From an uncultured Clostridia bacterium (GTDB taxonomy: Bacteria > Bacillota > Clostridia > TANB77 > CAG-508): 64,000 nucleotides of DNA. Location of the stretch: positions 2,625 through 66,624 of the forward strand of contig CANRHX010000006.1 of the NCBI GenBank assembly GCA_947630545.1. The letters are read 5' to 3'. The notes beneath the pieces were generated by a model. The model worked only from the letters and a program-made list of their open reading frames with translations. It ran no database searches and was not told where the DNA came from. This document shows positions 30,552-39,839 of this stretch, one piece after another (position 1 is the first letter of the stretch; each line of letters opens with the position of its first letter). Position numbers and translations under genes: made by a program.

Positions 30552-32448
30552 ACAAGAACAACAATCATTTTTAAAAGAAACTACAATAAAAGAGTTGATA
30601 GCTCCAGCTGGGATTGATGCATCAAAAATAGATCATTTAGAAATAATTTCAACAGTAAATAGATTTGCAAGAAGCTTTTTCATTTCTACTTTACCACGTA
30701 TGTGTACTTTTCCAGAATTATTTAGGGATTTATATCTTTTCGGAGATATAAACACTTCAATATATATAAATCCAATATCAGAGGAAAAATCACAAAATGA
30801 ATTAAATAAGACAATTAATGAGTTAGAGACTGAAAGACTTGTAGCTGCAGATAGAGGAAATATAAATAGAGAGAGTGTTTTAACACAAAAAAGATTTGAA
30901 GCAGAAGCTCTTAGAGATGAAATTGCTGCAGGATTTAATAAAATGTATGAGGCATCAGTTGTTGCTACTATATTTGCTTCTAATTTAGAAGAGTTAGATA
31001 GATTAACAAAATTACTTTCAACAGAAATGTCTAAGTCACTAGTAGGTATAAAAAGTGCATGGGGAATTCAAGAAGATGCTTTTAAAAGTAATCTTCCATT
31101 AATGAATGATAAAGTTAAAAAAACACATGCGTTTGATAGAGGCTCAATGGGAACAGTATTTCCATTTACAACTTCAGAAGTTGGACATGATACAGGAGTA
31201 CCAATAGGATTTAATAAACAAACAGGAACTCCAATATTATTTGACAATTTTCACCCATCACTTACAAATTATAATATGGTTATATTTGCTAAGTCTGGTG
31301 CTGGTAAATCTGTTACAATGAAAACACTAGTTTCTAGATCTGCAGTTTTAATGGGAATAGAAAGTTTGGCACTAGATGCTGAAGGTGAATATTCTATAGT
31401 TGCAGAAAGTTTAGGGGGAATTAATGTAAAGATAAGTCCTAGTTCATCTACTATTATAAATGTTTTTGATATAGAGCCAGAAAATGTAAAAGATGAAATT
31501 ACTGGTAGAGATAGAGTGGTTCTTAATGTAGAAAATAAGGTAGAAGACGTAACACAAGCATTGCTTACAATGGCAAAAGGTAGTACAAGAAGTCCAGAAG
31601 TAAACGAACTTACAAAGCAATTAATTGCAGAAGCAGCAGCTGAAGAATATTCAGATTTAGGAATTACTAGTGATCCAGCAAGTCTCTATACAGGAGAAAC
31701 ATTTGGACAAGGAAATAATTTATATAGAAATAAAAAGCCAATGCCAACCATTGGAAGTTGGTATAAAAGAATAGAGGCAAAGGCCAAAAAAAATATAAAT
31801 CCAGATTATAATTATCATTATAGTTATTTGTTAAAAGTTATGAAACAATATATAAGAGAATTTAATGGACAAATGGCTTATTTTGATGGCCAATCTACTT
31901 TTGATTTATTAGATGATATTCCATTTATAAATTTAGATATTTCTCAATTAGAAGAAAGATTTGCAAGACCGCTTGCACAACAAATTTTGCTTTCTTGGAT
32001 TTGGGAAAAATACGTTAAGAAAAATAGTGAAGATAGGAAAAAAGCTAAGAAGAAGAGAGTTTTAGTTGATGAGGCATGGATGTTATTACCATATCCAGAA
32101 GCAGTTGACTTCTTAAATACAATGGCTAGACGTGCAAGAAAAAGAAATGTTTCTCTAGCTATAATTTCACAAAGATTTCAGGATTTTTATGAAAATCCTA
32201 ATGCACAAGCAGTTCTAACATCTTCAGATACAAAGTTATTTTTAGCACAAGATAAATCTGAAATTCAATATTTAAAAGAAGTATTTAAATTGAGTGAAGG
32301 AGAAGCTGGATTTCTAGTTACATGCTTAAAAGGTGAAGGCTTGCTAAAAGTAGGTTCTGATACTGCAATTTTACAAATTGTTCCTACAGCGAAGGAATTT
32401 GAATTTGTTGAAACAAACTTAAATAAATTAGTAAAAGAAAGAAGATAG
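30499..32448 (+). CDS. VirB4/TcpF-family T4SS ATPase
   Basis: ATG 30499 behind GGAGGA. Walker A FAKSGAGKSV and Walker B RVLVDEAWML. N-terminal pattern LIAPAGID..LEI..RFARSFFISTLPR. Confidence 0.8.
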   Translation: MSKSKKKQKEQEEIIKSRQEQQSFLKETTIKELIAPAGIDASKIDHLEIISTVNRFARSFFISTLPRMCTFPELFRDLYLFGDINTSIYINPISEEKSQNELNKTINELETERLVAADRGNINRESVLTQKRFEAEALRDEIAAGFNKMYEASVVATIFASNLEELDRLTKLLSTEMSKSLVGIKSAWGIQEDAFKSNLPLMNDKVKKTHAFDRGSMGTVFPFTTSEVGHDTGVPIGFNKQTGTPILFDNFHPSLTNYNMVIFAKSGAGKSVTMKTLVSRSAVLMGIESLALDAEGEYSIVAESLGGINVKISPSSSTIINVFDIEPENVKDEITGRDRVVLNVENKVEDVTQALLTMAKGSTRSPEVNELTKQLIAEAAAEEYSDLGITSDPASLYTGETFGQGNNLYRNKKPMPTIGSWYKRIEAKAKKNINPDYNYHYSYLLKVMKQYIREFNGQMAYFDGQSTFDLLDDIPFINLDISQLEERFARPLAQQILLSWIWEKYVKKNSEDRKKAKKKRVLVDEAWMLLPYPEAVDFLNTMARRARKRNVSLAIISQRFQDFYENPNAQAVLTSSDTKLFLAQDKSEIQYLKEVFKLSEGEAGFLVTCLKGEGLLKVGSDTAILQIVPTAKEFEFVETNLNKLVKERR

Positions 32449-32478
32449 ATTTAATTAACCTTTAAGAAGGGAGAAATT

Positions 32479-35400
32479 ATGAAAATATTTACGGAAAAAA
32501 AGATTTGGCAAAAATTTATAATAGTACTTACGGTATTTATATTATTATTTCAATTTGCTATGCCAGTTAAGTCTTATGCTTTAGATATTTTTGAAGATGT
32601 TGATTGGAAAGAGTTAGGAAATAATATTGCTATTGCTATGGCACAAATTCTAGCAGGTGGCGGAGATTTGGTTATGGGAGCATTAAATAAATTTATGCTT
32701 GGAACTGCAGGATTTGGAACTGCCATGATAAGTAGTGAGGCCCTGGGTAACGAATCATGGTTTAACAAAGATGCAGATGGAAATAATATTTCAATTACTC
32801 AACAATCACCTTATGGAGATAGTGAATCTGATGATATGGATAATATAAGTATAGATTCTTCTGGAGATGATGTGATAATTTATGTTAAACCAGGTACTAT
32901 GGCAGAGGGAGCTGTCTTTTCGGGTTCTGATTATTGGGAAATACCAAACTTATTATATTGCCCAGAAAATATATTTGGAAACAATATAGCTATGCTTGAT
33001 GTCAATTTTTTAAATCCAAATGGTTTTATTTCTGTAGTAGAGTCTGGAAGAGGTAAAGATACTGCAGATGAAAAAAGTCAATCTATAGCAGGAGAATTAA
33101 AAGATACAATTAGTAGTTGGTATTTAGCGTTTAGAAATATAGCAGTAGTAGCATTACTTTCAATACTAGTATATTTAGGTATAAGAATTTTAATTAGTTC
33201 TACAGCAGAAGATAAGGCTAAATATAAAGAAACTATTAGAGATTGGATAATTGCGTTAGTGTTAGTATTTGTAATGCATTTTATTATGTCAGCAACTATA
33301 ATGATTGTAAATCGTGTAAATGTATTATTTAATGATATTAATAGAAGTGTTTATATAAGTTATAATAATGAAATCTTTAGATCTAACTTTACAGGGGTTA
33401 TGAGATTTTTAGCTCAATCAACTGATGGATGGGATGCATGGGCATATACTATAATTTATTTAGTACTTGTTGTATATACAGTTTCATTTACTATACAATA
33501 TTTAAGAAGGCTTTTGTATATTGCGTTTTATACAATGATTTCACCATTGGTAGCTATTACATACCCAATAGATAAATTAGGAGATGGTAAATCTCAAGCA
33601 TTTAATAAATGGTTTAAAGAATATGTAATGACGATGGTATTACAACCAATACATTTAATAATATATTCAATGATTGTTTCATCTGCACTTACTCTTGCTA
33701 TTCAGTCTCCACTATACGCAATTGTTGCAATTGGATTCTTAATTCCTGCAGAACAATTTATTAAGAGTCTATTTGGAGTTGAATCAAAAGCAGATGGGGG
33801 ATTTGGAAATTTTGCCGCTGGAGCTTTAGCAATGAATGCTATGAATAAGATGGCTAAACCAATGTCTATTGGGGCTGGGGCAAAAAACTCCGGAGGAGGA
33901 AAGTCTTCTGGCTCAGATAATTCATCAGAAGAAAAACCTAAAGTTAGAGAAGCTAATAATAAGGAATTAGCATCATTAAGAGATGGAAATGAAGATAGTG
34001 GTGAACGTAGTAAAACCTTGCCTGAAGATAGTCCACTTAGAAATGCAGGTAGTGCTGCTACAGCTTTGGGAGCTGGTGCAGCAGGGCTTGGAATGAGTGC
34101 TAATAATAAAGATTCTGATAATGAAGAAAAATCTCAATCATCATTAGATAGAGGAAATAATAATCCACCATTGGATACTTCAGATGAACAACCATCAGAA
34201 GACAAAGGTTCACAAGTAGGAAGATTAATTAGAGATACATACAATAATAGTGAATTTAAGATGAAGAGAGATGCTAAAAAGAAGAGAATACAAGGAGTGA
34301 AAGATTTAAATAAATTCAGAAAACAAGAAGCATCTGAACAAAAACAAAAAGAAAAGGATAAACAACGTCAAATCAAACTTCAAAAAGCACAACAGAAACA
34401 AATAAGACTAAAATCTGCTAAAGATTTAAAAAAATTTAATAAACAAGAGAGTAGAGATCAATGGGCTAATAAACATAAAAAATTAAGTTCAGCAGGTAGA
34501 TTTACTAGAAAACTAGGAGGAGCTGTAGCATCAGATATTGGAAGAGGCATATCAGGAGCAGCAGAAAAATGGAAAGCTGGAGCACCAAAGAGACAGATTA
34601 AGAAGGCAATTAGAAAGAAGTATGCAGGAAAAAGATTAAAGGCAGCAGGTAGAATAGGAGGAAGAATTATTAAAGGAGGATTTGGAGCCACAAAGTTTGT
34701 AGCAAGAAACGGATTAAAAATTGCAGGAAGTGCTTTAGGTGCTGGTGTTGGTATTGCAACTGGAATTGCTTCTGGAAAAGGATTAGAAGGAGCTATGCAA
34801 GGAGCAGGAGCTGGATTTGTTGCCGGAGGTGCAGTAGGAAAAAATGTATATAATTTAGCAGAAGGTGCTGTTGGAACTGTTACTGGAGCTGCTAGCTATG
34901 TAGCTGGAGGAGTAAAAAATACAGTTAATGACGTTAAAGATATTTATACAATACATAAAGAAGCTGAAATGGATAAACGAGAAGCAGAAGATGCAATGTT
35001 TGGAACAAATACAGCTCAAGAATATGGAAGAGAGCATATAACTAAAGCAGAGAAGAAGAGATATGACCAAATTTTAAATGAATACATGATACAAAATGGT
35101 GAAGATCTAGAGAAAGTTTCTGGAAAGAGCAAAAAAGAATTATATAAAGATATATATGATTATGAAAGTCATAAAGTATATGATCAAGATAAGATTATTA
35201 GAGGATTAGCAATAGAACATAGTAACAATTATGCAGATCTTAGAAAAGAAGCTGGATTTGAAGGTAATAGTAAAAAGCATGAAAATGTAGTAGACATTAT
35301 GCAAATGACTAATTCATTTGGCAAATCATATACTACAGATGAGAAGAAAAAGGCAGAATTTGATAGAACGTTAGATGTTGATAATGTTCGTTCAAAGAAA

Positions 35401-35484
35401 GATGCTGTTAAGAAGGTATTCTATGCAGCTGTTGGTTCTGACTGGAAACAAGCAGGAAATGATAGTAAAAAAACAACAAAATAA
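32479..35484 (+). CDS. VirB6/TcpH-like polytopic channel protein with long Gly/Lys-rich C-terminal extension
   Basis: 1001 aa with a signal/TM, a central block of about six TM helices (residues about 215-450), then a low-complexity and repeat-containing tail. Its position after VirB4 is typical. Confidence 0.55.
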   Translation: MKIFTEKKIWQKFIIVLTVFILLFQFAMPVKSYALDIFEDVDWKELGNNIAIAMAQILAGGGDLVMGALNKFMLGTAGFGTAMISSEALGNESWFNKDADGNNISITQQSPYGDSESDDMDNISIDSSGDDVIIYVKPGTMAEGAVFSGSDYWEIPNLLYCPENIFGNNIAMLDVNFLNPNGFISVVESGRGKDTADEKSQSIAGELKDTISSWYLAFRNIAVVALLSILVYLGIRILISSTAEDKAKYKETIRDWIIALVLVFVMHFIMSATIMIVNRVNVLFNDINRSVYISYNNEIFRSNFTGVMRFLAQSTDGWDAWAYTIIYLVLVVYTVSFTIQYLRRLLYIAFYTMISPLVAITYPIDKLGDGKSQAFNKWFKEYVMTMVLQPIHLIIYSMIVSSALTLAIQSPLYAIVAIGFLIPAEQFIKSLFGVESKADGGFGNFAAGALAMNAMNKMAKPMSIGAGAKNSGGGKSSGSDNSSEEKPKVREANNKELASLRDGNEDSGERSKTLPEDSPLRNAGSAATALGAGAAGLGMSANNKDSDNEEKSQSSLDRGNNNPPLDTSDEQPSEDKGSQVGRLIRDTYNNSEFKMKRDAKKKRIQGVKDLNKFRKQEASEQKQKEKDKQRQIKLQKAQQKQIRLKSAKDLKKFNKQESRDQWANKHKKLSSAGRFTRKLGGAVASDIGRGISGAAEKWKAGAPKRQIKKAIRKKYAGKRLKAAGRIGGRIIKGGFGATKFVARNGLKIAGSALGAGVGIATGIASGKGLEGAMQGAGAGFVAGGAVGKNVYNLAEGAVGTVTGAASYVAGGVKNTVNDVKDIYTIHKEAEMDKREAEDAMFGTNTAQEYGREHITKAEKKRYDQILNEYMIQNGEDLEKVSGKSKKELYKDIYDYESHKVYDQDKIIRGLAIEHSNNYADLRKEAGFEGNSKKHENVVDIMQMTNSFGKSYTTDEKKKAEFDRTLDVDNVRSKKDAVKKVFYAAVGSDWKQAGNDSKKTTK

Positions 35485-35550
35485 TCAAATTATTCTAAAA
35501 ATTCTTAAATCACTATTGCTAAATTACAGTCTAAAGAAAAATAAAACAAT

Positions 35551-35585
35551 AAAGGGCATATGTATAAATACACAATATGCCCTTT
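35551..35585 (+). terminator. internal hairpin after the VirB6-like gene
   Basis: aaagggcatat-N13-atatgcccttt. Confidence 0.5.
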
Positions 35586-35603
35586 TATAAAAGGAGACAT
35601 GCT

Positions 35604-36110
35604 ATGCACAACATAATAAGATATATAAGTCAAAATAAAATAAAAATAGTAGGAATAATTTTCTTCATATTATTTGGATATAGCATAATAAGAACTGCCA
35701 ATGACGCGTATGAAAAACAGGGACAGAATGAACAATCAAAATATAAAAATGAAGTAGTAATTCAAACAGATGGCACAGTAGAGCTAACAAATAGAAATTG
35801 CGAAAATGTTATTAAAGAATTTTTAAATAATTGTACATCTGGAAATTATGAAAAAGCATATACATACTTGTCAGAGGAATGTAAAGAAAATTCGTATCCA
35901 ACACTAGAAGATTTTACAAATAATTATTGTGTAAAAAAAGCTATTAAGGATAAAGGATATTCAATAAAAAAACAAAATAATTCTAAATATAAATATAAAA
36001 TAGAGTTTAATGATATGTTAAGCACAGGAAAAATAGATTTATCAACTGATGTAGAATATTACGAAATAACTGTAGATAATGGACATGATATAAGACTTAA
36101 TATTGATTAA
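35604..36110 (+). CDS. membrane-anchored protein with one copy of the Y..AY..L module
   Basis: ATG 35604 behind AAGGAG, with an N-terminal TM. NVIKEFLNNCTSGNYEKAYTYLSEECKENSYPTLEDFTNNY resembles modules in 37342-38620 and 39840-41183. Confidence 0.5.
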   Translation: MHNIIRYISQNKIKIVGIIFFILFGYSIIRTANDAYEKQGQNEQSKYKNEVVIQTDGTVELTNRNCENVIKEFLNNCTSGNYEKAYTYLSEECKENSYPTLEDFTNNYCVKKAIKDKGYSIKKQNNSKYKYKIEFNDMLSTGKIDLSTDVEYYEITVDNGHDIRLNID

Positions 36111-36130
36111 GACCAAAAGAGGTGATTTAG

Positions 36131-37330
36131 ATGAAATATATAAAACAAATAGCATTAATTGTTGCAATTGTAGTTGTATTAATATTAGGAATTATTTTTG
36201 GCATTACTAATTCAATTACTTCTAGTGCTAGTTCTTTCTCTGGAGATTACTCGGATTATGTAAATTTAGGCGATTATATTGTTAAAATTGATGAAGAAGG
36301 TGCAATGCCAGCTTTAACGAAAGAGCAATTAAAGACTGCGATAGAAACATGTTATTCTGGACAAATGCAAGAAAATTGTATGTCTGTACTTGATGATATA
36401 GTAGATGTACAAAATAAATATAAGGTTAATGCTGCTTTTATACTTGCAATTGCTCAAAAAGAATCAACATGTGGAACAAATTGGGAGTCTATAGATCCAG
36501 ATGCTCATAATTGGATGAGTATATCATATGGACCTAAATATAACGGAGATAGTGGTAAAACATGTTCAGGAGGAGGATATACATGGTGTTGGTATGATAG
36601 TTACAATGAAGCTGTACAAAAATTTGGAATTTTTATGACAGAACATGATTATTTCTTTTTTGCACATGGTGAATATTCAGTTTCACAAATTGCGCCACAT
36701 TTTGCTGGAACAGAATGGGAAAATGGTGTTAAAGGATATTTAGATAATTTATATTCTGCAGTTGCAGAAACATTACCTCAAAATTCTGGTGTTATAAATG
36801 GAGAAACATATACATATGCTGGAAAAACATATACGCTATTTGTTCAAGGAGACTATAATGATCCTTATGGTGATGGAACTATTGCTAATTCTGGATGTGG
36901 AGTAACATCAATTGCAATTGTAGTATCTGGATATAAAAGTGGAGAAACTCCAAGGACAATAGCAAGCAAATGTAGTGGTTATGGATTGACGTATGTAGAT
37001 CGTGGAGTATTTCCTCAATATTTAGGAGAATATGGACTAACAGGTTCATTTACTGGTTGGGACAATCAAGCATCAGAAAATATAATTAATCACTTAAAGT
37101 CAGGAAAGCCAGTAATTTACAATATAGGCGGTACGATGGTACTTAATGATGGTAATTCATATGATTATTCAAAAAATAAACATTTCGTAACATTATTGGG
37201 GCTTGATGAAAGTGGAAATATATTTGTTGGTGATCCATGGGCCCATGAAATGTGCAATTATACTACAATACAAAATATTGCTAATGCAGGAGGAGATAGA
37301 GGAAATTACTTATTAGTTGATAAAAAGTAG
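36131..37330 (+). CDS. bifunctional cell-wall hydrolase: GH73-like glucosaminidase + C39-like papain-fold peptidase
   Basis: N-terminal TM, VNAAFILAIAQKESTCGTNW (muramidase/glucosaminidase-type), and a C-terminal Cys/His pair NSGCGVTSIAI ... KHFVTLLGLDESGNIFVGDPW. Confidence 0.6.
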   Translation: MKYIKQIALIVAIVVVLILGIIFGITNSITSSASSFSGDYSDYVNLGDYIVKIDEEGAMPALTKEQLKTAIETCYSGQMQENCMSVLDDIVDVQNKYKVNAAFILAIAQKESTCGTNWESIDPDAHNWMSISYGPKYNGDSGKTCSGGGYTWCWYDSYNEAVQKFGIFMTEHDYFFFAHGEYSVSQIAPHFAGTEWENGVKGYLDNLYSAVAETLPQNSGVINGETYTYAGKTYTLFVQGDYNDPYGDGTIANSGCGVTSIAIVVSGYKSGETPRTIASKCSGYGLTYVDRGVFPQYLGEYGLTGSFTGWDNQASENIINHLKSGKPVIYNIGGTMVLNDGNSYDYSKNKHFVTLLGLDESGNIFVGDPWAHEMCNYTTIQNIANAGGDRGNYLLVDKK

Positions 37331-37341
37331 GAGGACAATAA

Positions 37342-38620
37342 ATGAAGAATTTAAAATTAATAATTTTTACAATATTAATAATAATTATTATTCTAATTTA
37401 CATTTTAATAGCTAATAACATAAATAATTCTCAAGAAAATGGTAATATTGATGAAAATTTATTTGGTAATAACCTAGCAAAACCCAATTATGAATTAGAA
37501 GAAACGAAGTCAGCATCTACTTTTACAACTTTAAGTAATGCTATAAATATATTTTTAAAATATTTAAATGAAAATAATAGCGAAGCACTAAAAAATATTT
37601 TAATAAATGATTATTTAAAAAATGGCAATAGTGAAATATTACCAAAAGTTAATTATGCTTATGGATATAAAATTAATAAGGTAGCAAGATATGAATCTAA
37701 ATTATTTATAACAACATATTTTGTTTATGGAGATATTTTAAACAAAGAGAACAAAAGTAAAAAAGAATTCAATTTAGTAATTAATATAGATGATACAAAT
37801 AAAACTTTTGATTTAGCACCAATGGGAGAAGTTTATAAAAAGTACATAGATTATAGTGATTATAATAATATAAAAGTTGATAAAGCAATTGAAAACGAAA
37901 TTTCTAATATAAAATTAAACGAATACAATAAGATAGAAATAGCCAATGGATTTCGGAGATAAAGAAATAATGACATTTTATTTTAAACAGTATATTACAG
38001 AAATGATATATGATACACAAAAAGCATATGAGTTATTAGATGAAGAATATAGAAATAAGAGATTTGGAAATTATGAAAAATTTGCAACTTATGTAAAAAA
38101 TAATTCAGAAGATATTGAAAAAAGTCTATTGCTTCAATACAAAATAGAGACTTTTGATGAATATAAAGAGTATATATGCAAAGATACATTCGGTAACTGT
38201 TATATATTTAAAGAAACAAAACCTATGGAATATACAGTTTTATTAGATCAATATACACTAGATGATAAAATATTTTTAAAACAATACAGCCAAAAAGAAG
38301 ATAAAAGCAAAGCACAAATGAATTTAGAAAAATTTAAACAAATGCTTAATAGACAAGATTATACATCTGCTTACAATGTTTTAAATAAGGATTTTAAAGC
38401 AAAGTACTTTTCTACAGAAAATGAATTTAAAAATTATATTTTAAATAATTTGTTTGAGTATAATTCATTTACATATACAGAAATAGCTAATGGAAATAAA
38501 AAATATAAAATAACTACAAGGATTTCTGATGAAAAAGATAATAGCAAGGAAAATGTCGTAAAAAGATTTACTGTAGAACTATTGGATGATGATAAATTTA
38601 GCATATCATTTGATATATAA
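37342..38620 (+). CDS. TcpC/VirB8-like membrane-anchored repeat-module protein, frame broken at CGG 37954-37956
   Basis: Track ORFs 37342-37962 and 37946-38620 join as IEIANGF-G-DKEIMTFYFKQY when C37954 is skipped. The fused protein of about 425 aa is colinear with the intact paralog 39840-41183. Confidence 0.65.
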
Positions 38621-38682
38621 GATAGTGAGATAAGCGAGCAATATAAAAGGAAATTTGTAAATAGCAAGAAAGGAGACAAAAA

Positions 38683-39816
38683 ATGGGAAAAAAATTGTTA
38701 CCTATTATCGTAATAGCAATATTAATTTTTGTTTTATTCATAGTTGCTTTCTTTCTATGCTTAACAGGAATAGATGCTAGTGCAAATGGAGAAGATTTTG
38801 ATAACGGATTAGTTGGAGATACTATACAAGATAGAGTATGGTGGGCATTAAGAGATGCTGGATATAGCGAAGTTGCAGCAGCTGCGGTAATGGGAAATAT
38901 AGAGCAAGAAAGTGGTTTTAATACAAGTGCTGTTAATTCTAGCAGTGGTGCAAGTGGGTTGTGTCAGTGGCTTGGTGACAGATTAGAGAATTTAAAGAAA
39001 TTTGCCAAAGATAGAGGAGTTGAATGGACTGATGAAGAAACTCAAATTTTATATTTGATAGGAGAACTTACTCCAGGTGGAGGAGAAGCAAATGGATATG
39101 CTACCTATCAGTTAAGTGGAAGTTATGGCTATACTAAAAGTGATTGGGAAAATGCTACAGATGTTGAGACGGCAACCAAAGCCTTTGAAGGATTATTTGA
39201 AAGAAGTGATAGCTCTGCAGTAAATGAGAGAGTAAATAATGCGAATAAATATTATAAGGATTATAAGGGTAAGAAAAGACCATCTAGCCCTAAAGGTGGA
39301 AGTGAACAAACTAGTTCTACTGCAGGAATAAGGGGATATTATAAATCTTCATGTTCAGGAAGAACATTTACAGAGTATTACCAAAATGATGGCGGAGCAT
39401 GGGACTGGGATTCAGGCTGTTGGGTATGTTCACAAGCAACTATAATGAGCGGATTTGGTTCTAAATATACTCCAAATCAGTTACCTGGTTTTCACGGATC
39501 TGCACAACAATACACATGGAAACAATATGGTAATTGTAATTATGAAAGAATATCTAACGTAAAAGCAAGTGATATAAAAACATATTTAAAACAAGGAGAA
39601 GCAATACATATAAGAGTAGAAGGAAGAAATTTAGTTACTGACAATGGAACTCATTATTTTGCAGGACATTCATTAGTTCTTTTGGATTACAAGAGTGAAA
39701 ATGGAAAAGATAAGGTATATTTACATGACCCTTGGAAGGGAGATCCAACATATGGATGGACAGATTTAGAAAAATTGGCTAGTTGCTTAAATTGGTATGA
39801 GCATGTTTGGCAGTAG
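38683..39816 (+). CDS. cell-wall hydrolase: phage-tail-lysozyme-like domain + C39-like peptidase domain
   Basis: N-terminal TM, AAAAVMGNIEQESGFNTSAVNSSSGASGLCQWLGDRLENLKKFA, and C-terminal CWVCSQATIMSGFG ... AGHSLVLLDY ... LHDPW. Confidence 0.6.
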   Translation: MGKKLLPIIVIAILIFVLFIVAFFLCLTGIDASANGEDFDNGLVGDTIQDRVWWALRDAGYSEVAAAAVMGNIEQESGFNTSAVNSSSGASGLCQWLGDRLENLKKFAKDRGVEWTDEETQILYLIGELTPGGGEANGYATYQLSGSYGYTKSDWENATDVETATKAFEGLFERSDSSAVNERVNNANKYYKDYKGKKRPSSPKGGSEQTSSTAGIRGYYKSSCSGRTFTEYYQNDGGAWDWDSGCWVCSQATIMSGFGSKYTPNQLPGFHGSAQQYTWKQYGNCNYERISNVKASDIKTYLKQGEAIHIRVEGRNLVTDNGTHYFAGHSLVLLDYKSENGKDKVYLHDPWKGDPTYGWTDLEKLASCLNWYEHVWQ

Positions 39817-39839
39817 AATAGAGAAAGAAGGTGTAGTAA

